Shown piece by piece: positions 42,859 through 53,192 of a stretch of 64,000 nucleotides of DNA. Numbering within the stretch: the first letter of the stretch is position 1; each line of letters begins with the position of its first letter. The position numbers and the translations under genes are program-made. The stretch is from Polyangiales bacterium (lineage in GTDB: Bacteria; Myxococcota_A; Polyangia; Polyangiales; JADJQN01), in the NCBI GenBank assembly GCA_964202905.1, contig CAXNJO010000014.1, forward strand, positions 1 to 64,000. The letters run 5' to 3'. The notes under the pieces are model-generated. The model had not been told where the DNA came from. It made no database searches and worked only from the letters and a program-made list of their open reading frames with translations.

Positions 42859-43039
42859 CGAGAACAGCTTCGCTCCTTCCCGCGCACCGGCTATGGCCGG
42901 AACGCTGTTCGGGGATGGAGGTCGAGGGGCTGGGCTCGTTTATGTGCGCGTCGTCATGCCTGGGGTTCAGCGCTCCGACCGGAGGGTATCGTCCACAGGA
43001 CGACCGCACCGGATGCCTTGATCGAAGTGGAGAGGACGG

Positions 43040-43510
43040 TTACCAGCGATAGTGCGCGAAAGCCTTGTTGGCCTCAGCCATCTTGTGAACGTCTTCGCGC
43101 TTCTTGACCGAGTTTCCCCGGTTCTGCGCGGCGTCCACGAGTTCGGCGGCGAGGCGCTCCGTCATGGTCTTTTCGCCACGCTCTCGCGAGTAGGCGGTGA
43201 GCCAGCGCATCGACAGGGCGACACGGCGCTCGGGGCGGACCTCGACGGGCACCTGGTAGGTCGCGCCACCGACGCGGCGACTCTTGACCTCGACCTTCGG
43301 CTTGACCGAGTCGAGTGCCTTGCGGAAGACCTCGATCGGATCCTCCTTGTAGCGGGCGGCGATGATGTCGAATGCTCCGTACAAAATCTGCTCCGCGGTG
43401 GACTTCTTGCCGCCGAGCATGAGGATGTTGCAGAACTTCGCGACCATCCGGTCCCGGTACTTCGGGTCTGGGAGGATCTTGCGCTTCGGGACTTCGCGAC
43501 GACGCGGCAT
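43040..43510 (-). CDS. rpsG: 30S ribosomal protein S7
   Basis: [35 protein letters not shown]. Confidence 0.98.
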   Translation of the reverse strand: MPRRREVPKRKILPDPKYRDRMVAKFCNILMLGGKKSTAEQILYGAFDIIAARYKEDPIEVFRKALDSVKPKVEVKSRRVGGATYQVPVEVRPERRVALSMRWLTAYSRERGEKTMTERLAAELVDAAQNRGNSVKKREDVHKMAEANKAFAHYRW

Positions 43511-43519
43511 CTTCTCAGC

Positions 43520-43918
43520 TCACTTCTTCGGGCGCTTGACGCCGTACTTCGAGCGACCCTGGGTACGGTTCGCCTTGTTCGTGTTCGACGGGCCGATGGC
43601 GCCCGATGCATCGTGGGGGCCGCGCACGACGTGGTAGCGGCAGCCGGGGAGGTCCTTCACGCGGCCACCGCGGATCAGGACAACCGAGTGCTCTTGCAGA
43701 TTGTGACCCTCGCCCGGGATGTAGGTCGTGACTTCGATCTGGTTCGAAAGTCGGACGCGGGCGACCTTGCGGAGGGCCGAGTTCGGCTTCTTCGGGGTGG
43801 TCGTGTAGACGCGCACGCACACGCCGCGCTTCTGCGGGCAGCTCTCGAGTGCGGGCGACGCCGTCTTGACTCTCACGGCCTGACGGCCCTTGCGCACGAG
43901 CTGGTTGATCGTCGGCAT
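43520..43918 (-). CDS. rpsL: 30S ribosomal protein S12
   Basis: [29 protein letters not shown]. Confidence 0.98.
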   Translation of the reverse strand: MPTINQLVRKGRQAVRVKTASPALESCPQKRGVCVRVYTTTPKKPNSALRKVARVRLSNQIEVTTYIPGEGHNLQEHSVVLIRGGRVKDLPGCRYHVVRGPHDASGAIGPSNTNKANRTQGRSKYGVKRPKK

Positions 43919-44069
43919 TCGAAGGTCTTCCTGGGGGCGGGAGCCGCCGCGGCCCTGATTGCGCAGGGGAACCGGGGCATCAGACTGCGGAGGCGGTCCC
44001 AAACGCGGACTACGCCGTGGAGCGAACCGACGCGGGGGTCGGGAGAGCGCCCGAGCTTCGGGGAGGCGG

Positions 44070-44098
44070 ATGATTACTGCCGTCCGCCAGACTGTCAA
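44070..44098 (-). promoter_or_regulatory. Putative sigma70 promoter of the str operon
   Basis: Minus strand TTGACA followed 16-17 nt later by TAATCAT, about 150 bp upstream of rpsL. Confidence 0.5.
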
Positions 44099-44240
44099 GA
44101 TACATTCGTCGTGGAGCGCGGATCAAACGAGCGACCGGAGTCCGTGGATTGGATCGGAGCGCTTGTGAGCGCAAGCAAAGACGCTTCGCGCACGAGATTT
44201 TTTCGGTCGTTGCGCCGCACCTCGGAACCGAACTCATTCT

Positions 44241-45191
44241 TCAGAAACGGAGCAGGAAGCGAGCGCCGCTGGGGCCAATGCCGAGCGTGGCTGACGCGTC
44301 CTGAGGGTCGGCGTCGGGCGGCAATGGGCGGCTGCGGACTCGCGTTACGGCCGGGACGAAACGGATTTGGGCGTCGATGACGCCGACGACGGCGAGGGTT
44401 GCGAGAGCTGCCATCGCGAGCTGGTTGGCGATGCGATATCCGCGCTCGAGCGCGCTGGCTGCGGCCTGATCGGCGGGCAGGAGCAATGCCCAGGTGCTCG
44501 GCGTCGGGAGCGCGTCGTGCAGGAGCTTGAGGGTGATCGCGGCACCGGCGAGGGCTCCCCCCCCGACTGCGAGCGCCGCGCCGAGCGCGGCGTGACCATT
44601 CTGAAACTGGCCGACTCCGAAGGGGAGCGAGGCCAGCCAGCGGCTGTGGGTCTCGATCACGGTCTCTCGCATCGCGAGGTTCCGGAGCACTGCGAGACGA
44701 TCGCTCTCACGCAAGATGCGCGCGGCTTCTGCCGCACGGAGGGCGGTTTCGGCGCGCTCGACCCGGGCGGCGCGCTCGCGCTCCTCGCGAACGACTCGCG
44801 CGCGCACGCGCGTGAATACGACGCGGATTTCGGCCGGAAAGAGCCCGGAATCGAGTTGGTATTCCGGGTCGACGGCGAGCAGAAGCGCGAACTCGCGCTC
44901 GGCCTCGGCAGGGCGCGAGACGAAGAGAAAACCGGCCGCAAGGTATTTGCGCGCTTCGAGCAGAATGGCGCGGTTGAGACGCTGCGCGGCGTCGCCCGCG
45001 AGGAGGCGCTCGAGGCATTCGACGGATTCCGGGTAACGTTGGGCCTCGTAAAGCGCGCGGGCGGTCTCGAAGTCTGCGAGTTCGTCGGCCTGCGCGGGTG
45101 CCGCGAGGCAGGCCGAAGCCACGAGCGCGGTGACCAGCAAGCCGACCGCACGCGCGACGAGCACAAGGGGCGGGCGAAACGCGACGGTCAC
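44241..45191 (-). CDS. Exported TPR-like protein with C-terminal hydrophobic segments
   Basis: Signal peptide (..PAQADE), ARALYEAQRY TPR-like, PFGVGQFQNG motif; GTGA overlap with the kinase. Confidence 0.7.
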   Translation of the reverse strand: MTVAFRPPLVLVARAVGLLVTALVASACLAAPAQADELADFETARALYEAQRYPESVECLERLLAGDAAQRLNRAILLEARKYLAAGFLFVSRPAEAEREFALLLAVDPEYQLDSGLFPAEIRVVFTRVRARVVREERERAARVERAETALRAAEAARILRESDRLAVLRNLAMRETVIETHSRWLASLPFGVGQFQNGHAALGAALAVGGGALAGAAITLKLLHDALPTPSTWALLLPADQAAASALERGYRIANQLAMAALATLAVVGVIDAQIRFVPAVTRVRSRPLPPDADPQDASATLGIGPSGARFLLRF

Positions 45192-47035
45192 GGCGGGCTC
45201 ACGGCGGCGCCGGGAGCAGCCACGGTGACCTCGGTCGAGCGGCCGGCCTCGAGCTGCACGGTTCGGGTATAGGCGGGATGACCGTCCGCTGTCACGGTGA
45301 TCGTGACGCGGGGCGCGAGTTCGCGGACCGGTACGCGCAGCAGGCTCCACGCAGCGCCGATGGCCTGACCGTCGATGGCCACGCGCGCGCCCTCGAGGCC
45401 GATCGCCCGCACGAAGAGCTGCGCAGGCTTGAGCGCGAGAGCCTCCGCGACCCGGAACGGCGTGTCACCTGGCGGGACGAGGCGCTCGAAACGGCTCTCG
45501 GCGCAGCAGGCCTCATTCGCGAAGACGAAGGTGTGCGGGCCGACCGCGATCGTCTCGCCCGCGTAGCTCGGACCGAACGGCCGCGGCGGGCGACCATCGA
45601 CGGAGATCGAGACATCGACGGGGGTCGGCGCGAAGACGACGCGACGCTCGCCAACTGGGGGGACGACCGACTCCGGCGTCGCCCGCGCGAAGCGCTGCGC
45701 CACCCGCGGCCCGGCCTGCGCGGGGCCGGCGTCGAGCGTCGCCCGAGAGACGGTTGGGGTGGGCGATGCGGCGTCGGACGCGGGTGGCGACGCGGCGATG
45801 CGCCCCGCGGTCGAGCCATCGACGACGCGCGACGAGGCGTCGGCGGCAGCGGATCGGGGCGCCGGCGACGGCGGGACACGGGAGATCGCTGCGGGAGGCT
45901 TCGTCGACAACGTGAGCGCAGCGACGCCCATGCCGACGCCCGCGAGAGCGAGCGCCGCGATCGCGCCATGCAGCGCGCCCCGGCGCCAACGGGCGCGACG
46001 GCTCGCACGGGACGAGAGCGCGAGCGCTCGAGCGTTGCCGTCGTCGAGCGCGAGCACACGGTCGAGGTAAGGTGTCGCGCGCTGCGGTTCGCCGCGGTCG
46101 AGGGACGCCTCGGCGCGGTCGGCGAGGATCGTGATGGCGCGGAGGCGCAGGGACTCGGCCGCGCCATCCGGATCGGCCAGGTACGCGACCAGCGCCGCCC
46201 CGGGATCGTCGAGGCCGATCTCCGCGACGAACGCCGCGAGTTCCGCCTGCACGGCGCCCGCATCCGCATGACGATCGGCGGGGTCGCGCGCGAGCAGCGT
46301 GTGCAGGATGCCGGCGAGCCGCGCGCCGATCGAGGGGCGCACGCGGAGCGGGTCCACATAGGCGCCATCGACGATTCTCTTGAGGATCGCGTGCGGGTTC
46401 CGCCCCGTGAAGGGCAGCGTGCCGGTCGCGAGGTAGTAGAGCACCGTCCCGAGGGCGAAGAGATCGGCGCGCGCGTCGCACTCGCGGCCCTCGACCTGCT
46501 CGGGCGCCATGTGGCCGGGCGAGCCGAGCACCTGACCCGTCGCCGTCATCGACTGCGCGTCGACCATCTGTGCGATGCCGAAGTCCGTGAGCTTGATGAC
46601 GCGGTTCTCGTGGAGCAGGACGTTCTCGGGCTTCACGTCGCGGTGCACGATGCCGTTCGCGTGCGCGACCTCCAGCGCGCGGGCGATCTCCCACGCGAAG
46701 CACGCAGCGATCTCGGCGGGGAGCGCGGCTTGCTCCTCGACGTAGCGCTTCAGCGTCGGGCCAGTGAGCAGCTCGGTGGCGATGAACGACTCGGGCGAGT
46801 CCTCGCCGCTGTAATCGTAGATCTCCAGGATGTTGGGGTGCTTGAGCCGCGCGACGGTCCGCGCCTCGCGTGTGAAGCGCGCGCGGGCCTCGCGGGCGCC
46901 GCGGAGGTGCGGGTGCATGATCTTCACGGCCACCGCGCGGTCGAGCCGGGTGTCGCGGGCGCGAAAGACCGTCGCCATGCCGCCGTGGCCGAGTTCCTCC
47001 TCGATGTCGTACTTCTCGAGCTTGCGGAGGGTCAC
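45188..47035 (-). CDS. Membrane Ser/Thr protein kinase with extracellular PEGA-like region
   Basis: GHGGMATV, AVKIM, HRDVKPEN, DFG, APE; TM after TPR-like helix. Confidence 0.93.
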   Translation of the reverse strand: MTLRKLEKYDIEEELGHGGMATVFRARDTRLDRAVAVKIMHPHLRGAREARARFTREARTVARLKHPNILEIYDYSGEDSPESFIATELLTGPTLKRYVEEQAALPAEIAACFAWEIARALEVAHANGIVHRDVKPENVLLHENRVIKLTDFGIAQMVDAQSMTATGQVLGSPGHMAPEQVEGRECDARADLFALGTVLYYLATGTLPFTGRNPHAILKRIVDGAYVDPLRVRPSIGARLAGILHTLLARDPADRHADAGAVQAELAAFVAEIGLDDPGAALVAYLADPDGAAESLRLRAITILADRAEASLDRGEPQRATPYLDRVLALDDGNARALALSSRASRRARWRRGALHGAIAALALAGVGMGVAALTLSTKPPAAISRVPPSPAPRSAAADASSRVVDGSTAGRIAASPPASDAASPTPTVSRATLDAGPAQAGPRVAQRFARATPESVVPPVGERRVVFAPTPVDVSISVDGRPPRPFGPSYAGETIAVGPHTFVFANEACCAESRFERLVPPGDTPFRVAEALALKPAQLFVRAIGLEGARVAIDGQAIGAAWSLLRVPVRELAPRVTITVTADGHPAYTRTVQLEAGRSTEVTVAAPGAAVSPP

Positions 47036-47146
47036 TCGGGCCTGGGGGTTCGCCTCGTGCGAGGATAGGCAGCCCCCGCCGCGAGGACAAGCTGCACGAC
47101 CCGAAGGCGGGCGCCGGCGCCCGCGGAGCGGTATGGTCGCGCCGGC

Positions 47147-48499
47147 ATGGTGGTCGAGCGCCTCTCGCTTCCCTCCGCGGAGCACGCCGCACGCGCCCTC
47201 GCGGCGCGACCCGGGCTCGCGTGGCTGGACGGAGACGGGAGCCCCGGCGAGGGTCGCTTCTCGTACGTGGCGAGCGACCCCGTCGAGCGCTGCGTCCGCA
47301 CGCTCGCCGACCCGGCGCCGCTCTCCGCGATGCGCACGCTCGGACCCGGCGCGGGCGGCCACGACGACGCACCGGACGGGACGCCGCGCACGCCACGCTG
47401 GATCGGTTACCTCGCCTACGATGCGGCCTGGGCAGGGCCCGGGGGCGCCCATCGGCATGCGCGTATCACGCGCGATTCAGGCGATTTCGCCCTTTGTTTC
47501 AGCCGTTTCGACGCGGTCGTCGCGTTCTGCCATGCGTCCGGCGAGGCGTGGATTGTCGGGGATGATACCGACGCCTGCGCACGGTTGCGGGCCCGACTCG
47601 CGGCTGCGGAGACGACCGACATCGGATTCACAGTCGATACGCTCGAGGTGCCCGTGGGTGGTGCGCACCTCGAGGCCGTGGAGCGCGCGCTTGCGCTCAT
47701 CGCGGCCGGCGACCTCTATCAGGTCAACCTCGCGCGGCGCTGGACGGCTGCTCTCCGAGGCCGCGATCCGCGCGGCGCGGCGCTCGGTCTCTACCTCGCG
47801 ATGCGCCGGGCCAGCCCGGTGCCGCTCGGCGCCTTCCTCGACGCGGGCGACCACAGGGTGCTCGCGCGCACGATGGAGCGCTTCCTCGACTGGGACGGCG
47901 GAACCCTCCGCACACGACCGATCAAGGGCACCGTCGCGCGCACCGGGCGCACCGACGCGGCCGACTCCGCGGCGCTCCGCGGTGACGCGAAAGAACTCGC
48001 CGAGCACGCGATGATCGTGGACCTCATGCGCAACGATCTCGGCCGCCTCGCGGTCACCGGGAGCGTCCGCGTGCCGCAGCTGCTCGAGGTCGAGCCCTAC
48101 GCGGGGCTGTCGCACCTCGTGTCGACGGTCGAGTGCCGGACGCGGCCCGGGGTGCGCCTCGACGAGGTGCTCGAGGCGACGTTTCCGCCGGGCAGCGTCA
48201 CGGGCGCGCCGAAGATCCGGGCCATGGAGGTCATCGAGACGCTCGAGCCGGTGGCGCGCGGGGTTTACTGCGGCGCGCTCGGTTTCGTCGATCGACAGGG
48301 CGGGCTCTCGCTCGCGGTGGCCATCCGCACGGCGGTCGCGCGCGCGGGGCAGGTCGTCTACCACGCAGGCGGCGGCCTCGTCATGGCGAGCCAGCCCGCG
48401 CGGGAGCTCGCGGAGACGGAGCTGAAAGCGCGCGCGTTCCTCGACGCGGCCTGCGCGCCCCCTCCCCCCGAAGAGGCGGAGCGCAGCCGGCCACGCTGA
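47147..48499 (+). CDS. pabB: Aminodeoxychorismate synthase component I / anthranilate synthase I family
   Basis: GDLYQVNL, RPIKGT, EHAMIVDLMRNDLG, FPPGSVTGAPKIRAM. Confidence 0.85.
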   Translation: MVVERLSLPSAEHAARALAARPGLAWLDGDGSPGEGRFSYVASDPVERCVRTLADPAPLSAMRTLGPGAGGHDDAPDGTPRTPRWIGYLAYDAAWAGPGGAHRHARITRDSGDFALCFSRFDAVVAFCHASGEAWIVGDDTDACARLRARLAAAETTDIGFTVDTLEVPVGGAHLEAVERALALIAAGDLYQVNLARRWTAALRGRDPRGAALGLYLAMRRASPVPLGAFLDAGDHRVLARTMERFLDWDGGTLRTRPIKGTVARTGRTDAADSAALRGDAKELAEHAMIVDLMRNDLGRLAVTGSVRVPQLLEVEPYAGLSHLVSTVECRTRPGVRLDEVLEATFPPGSVTGAPKIRAMEVIETLEPVARGVYCGALGFVDRQGGLSLAVAIRTAVARAGQVVYHAGGGLVMASQPARELAETELKARAFLDAACAPPPPEEAERSRPR

Positions 48500-48505
48500 G
48501 CGCGG

Positions 48506-50327
<1,822 letters not shown>

Positions 50328-50441
50328 GTGGGGCGCGGAGGGGTGACACGGTCCCCCCCGTCGGGCAACCGGAGGCGCCGCGCGGTGGGGCGGAGGGGAC
50401 AAGCGCAGGAGCACGCGCGGAGCGTGTGGTAGCTTCAGGAC

Positions 50442-51359
50442 GTGACGACGCGGGCCCAGCCCGGGGAAGACCCGATGGGGACGACGATGCGCCTCGACGG
50501 CCCGGGCGACCTGCGCGCGCAGGTGCTGCAGGCGGTCCGCGAGAAGCACCGCCCGGCGCTCGTCGTGCTGACGGGCGCGGACGTCGGCGCGCGCTACCTC
50601 CTCGATCGCACGACGATCGTGGGCCGCGATCCGCAGGCCGGGATCGTGTTCGGGGACGCGGGCGTCTCGTTCCGTCACGCGCGCTTCGAGGACCGCGGCG
50701 ACGCGTGGGCCGTGGTCGATCTCGGCAGCACGAACGGCACGCACGTCAACGGACTGCGCGTGAACGAGGCCGTGCTCGCCCCGGGCGACCGGGTGACGCT
50801 CGGCGTGACCGTCGTGCGCTTCGAGGTGCAGGACGCGCTCGATCAGCAGTACGATCACGTGCTCGATCGCCTGCTCAACGTCGACGAGCTCTCGGGGCTC
50901 TTCGTGCGACGGAAGTTCGATCGCGAGCTGCGCGCGCTCATCGACGCGGCGCGCTTCGACGGCGCGCCGGTGGGCCTGCTCGTGATGGACCTCGACGGCG
51001 TGAAAGCCATCAACGACGCCAACGGCCACCTCTTCGGCGCCTACGCGATCGGGGAGAGCGGGCGCGTGATCGGCACCGTGCTCGGCGACCGCGGCATCGC
51101 CTCGCGCTTCGGCGGGGACGAGTTCGTCGCGGCGGTCCCCGGCGCGGACCTCGCGCGGACGGAGGCCCTCGGCGAAGAGATCCGCGCAGCGATCGCGGCG
51201 CAACCGTTCGTGCGGGACGGCGTCACGCTGCATCCGGGTATCTCGGTGGGCGTGGCCTCGCTGCCGGAGAGCGCGACCGATCCGGATTCGCTGTTCCGCG
51301 TCGCGGACGGGGCGCTCTACCGCGCGAAGAACGCCGGCAAAAACCGCGTCTCGCGCTGA
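50442..51359 (+). CDS. FHA-domain GGDEF dinucleotide cyclase
   Basis: FHA: VGRD, VSFRHA, DLGSTNGT. GGDEF: DLD..K.IND..GH, RFGGDEF, ALYRAKNAGKNRV. Confidence 0.93.
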   Translation: MTTRAQPGEDPMGTTMRLDGPGDLRAQVLQAVREKHRPALVVLTGADVGARYLLDRTTIVGRDPQAGIVFGDAGVSFRHARFEDRGDAWAVVDLGSTNGTHVNGLRVNEAVLAPGDRVTLGVTVVRFEVQDALDQQYDHVLDRLLNVDELSGLFVRRKFDRELRALIDAARFDGAPVGLLVMDLDGVKAINDANGHLFGAYAIGESGRVIGTVLGDRGIASRFGGDEFVAAVPGADLARTEALGEEIRAAIAAQPFVRDGVTLHPGISVGVASLPESATDPDSLFRVADGALYRAKNAGKNRVSR

Positions 51360-51363
51360 GTCG

Positions 51364-52281
51364 TCAGGGGCGAAAGGCGAGGTGGTAGAGCGTCGCGGCG
51401 TCGCCCTCGGCGACGGTGTAGAGGCCGTATCCGTCGCGCTCGAAGGCGATCGCCTCCGCCGCGGAGCCCGCCATCGCCGCCACGAAAGGCCGCGAAAACA
51501 GCGTGTCGAGAGTGGCAGCGGGCGGCACCGTCCACGCTCGGACGAGGCGGTAGCCGCGGACGACGACGCGCGTGCCATCGCCGCTCATGTCCGCCGCGGT
51601 GGCGAGCGCGAGGTCGATCACGCCCGCGGGCGAGAGGGTCACGGTCGTGCCCGGCGCGAGCGGCGCGCGCGCCACGAAGACGGGCGCGGGCGAGGACGAC
51701 TTGGTGACGAGGTAGACGTCGCCCGAGCGCGGGTCGACGAACACCGCCTCGCAGTCGAAGGGGCGATCCGGGTAGACGAGGTCGATGCGCTCGGCGCGCA
51801 ACGTCGCGTCCCCGGCGGCGGGGTCGGGCTCGGCGACGCGGTAGAGCTGCACGGCCGCGCGGCCGCTCGCGCCGTCCGTCTCGCGCGCGGCGTTGTCCCC
51901 GACGTCGGCCACGTAGAGGCGCGCGCCATCGGCCGCGACGTCGAGCGCGAGGTCCTCCCAGTCCACGTTCGACGCGCCCTCGACGGTGTACGTCGCGCGC
52001 CGCGCGCCCCGCAGGTCGAGGGCGTGAAGCACGGCGGGGTTGCCCGAGTCGTTGACCGCCCAGAGCAGGTCCGCGTGACTGCGGCTCGCGACGAGCCCCG
52101 AGAGTTCGGGCAGGCCGCTCGCAGGGAGCCTCCCCACGGCCTCGGGCACCGCGTAGCGCGGCCCGCCGGCGTCGGGCCCCGCGTCGGCGTCGGCTGCGCC
52201 TGCGTCGGGGCCCGGGGTACCTGCCGATTCCGCGCAGGCGGCGAGCGAGGCGAGGCCGAACACGGCAGCGGTCAGGCGCAT
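51364..52281 (-). CDS. Lipoprotein with beta-propeller-like domain
   Basis: Lipobox LAAC, DAG linker, ELSGL..S..LWAVNDSG, DWEDLA, DCEA. Confidence 0.75.
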   Translation of the reverse strand: MRLTAAVFGLASLAACAESAGTPGPDAGAADADAGPDAGGPRYAVPEAVGRLPASGLPELSGLVASRSHADLLWAVNDSGNPAVLHALDLRGARRATYTVEGASNVDWEDLALDVAADGARLYVADVGDNAARETDGASGRAAVQLYRVAEPDPAAGDATLRAERIDLVYPDRPFDCEAVFVDPRSGDVYLVTKSSSPAPVFVARAPLAPGTTVTLSPAGVIDLALATAADMSGDGTRVVVRGYRLVRAWTVPPAATLDTLFSRPFVAAMAGSAAEAIAFERDGYGLYTVAEGDAATLYHLAFRP

Positions 52282-52291
52282 CGCGGCGATG

Positions 52292-53080
52292 CTACGCGAC
52301 CGACGTCCGCCGCGCGACGCGCGCGGCCGCCAACGCAGGCGGCACGCCAGCCGGGGCTGGGACGACGATGTAGCCGCCTTCCCGGTCGCCGAGCACTTCG
52401 TTGCGCGCGGGCCCCCAGCGCCACCAGTGCGCGCCGACGTAGGCGCAGACGACGGCGTCGAGCTGGTCCTCGACCTGCTTGAGCGGCGCGCCGCCCCCGC
52501 GCGCCGGAAGCGCGGGCAGCGAGAGGGGCGTGCGCAGGCGCGGCTCGTCCTCGACGAGGTGCGTGTCGATGAGCGCGCGGAGGCGCTCGAGCCCGGCGCG
52601 GCGCTCGGCGACGGGGCCCTTCTTGTAGCGGAGGATCGTCGGCAGCCCGAAGAGCCGCAGCATCGCGGGGTGCGGGAAGCACTCGATCTGGTACCGACCC
52701 GCGGCGCGCGCCTCGATCGTCGGGGCGTGCGCGAAGCCACGCGCCTCGAGCGCAGCGCCGAGCGCGAGGGTGCTCGCGGCGAAGGGGAGCCCGCGGTTCG
52801 CCGGGTACGCCCCCGCGTGCTGCCGCCCAAAGCGCGCGTGCGTGAGCTTGTCCGCGACGCGCATGGAGACGCCCTCGGGGATGATCGTCGGCGCATCGAC
52901 CGCGACGAGCGCGGGCTCGTCCGCCGACACGCGCGCATCGAGCCACGCGAGGACCGCCTCCGTCGACGGGAGCGCGCGGACCTCGATGAGCGCGAGCGTC
53001 GTCCCCGCGTCGTCGGTCTCGAGGAGCGCTACGCCGCTCTCGCCGCGCATCCAGCCGAAGTCGAGCCCGACGAACTTCAT
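52292..53080 (-). CDS. DUF429 family (RNase H-like predicted nuclease)
   Basis: FVGLDFGW..SGVA, VAVDAP, IECFPHPA, EDQLDAVVCA. Confidence 0.85.
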   Translation of the reverse strand: MKFVGLDFGWMRGESGVALLETDDAGTTLALIEVRALPSTEAVLAWLDARVSADEPALVAVDAPTIIPEGVSMRVADKLTHARFGRQHAGAYPANRGLPFAASTLALGAALEARGFAHAPTIEARAAGRYQIECFPHPAMLRLFGLPTILRYKKGPVAERRAGLERLRALIDTHLVEDEPRLRTPLSLPALPARGGGAPLKQVEDQLDAVVCAYVGAHWWRWGPARNEVLGDREGGYIVVPAPAGVPPALAAARVARRTSVA

Positions 53081-53192
53081 CGCGGTGTCATGTGGGGTCG
53101 CGCGGCAGGCACAGCGACTCTGGAGAAACCTCCGTGAATGTGGTGAGATCACACTTCGCGCGCGGCGCGGCCGCAGGCTACCGTCGCGGCCC

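Noticed and set aside
42795..42860. T-box element (AGGGTGG) before tuf
   Set aside because: The full GGTGG.ACCGCG T-box and stem I motifs are absent; treated as a generic terminator-like structure.
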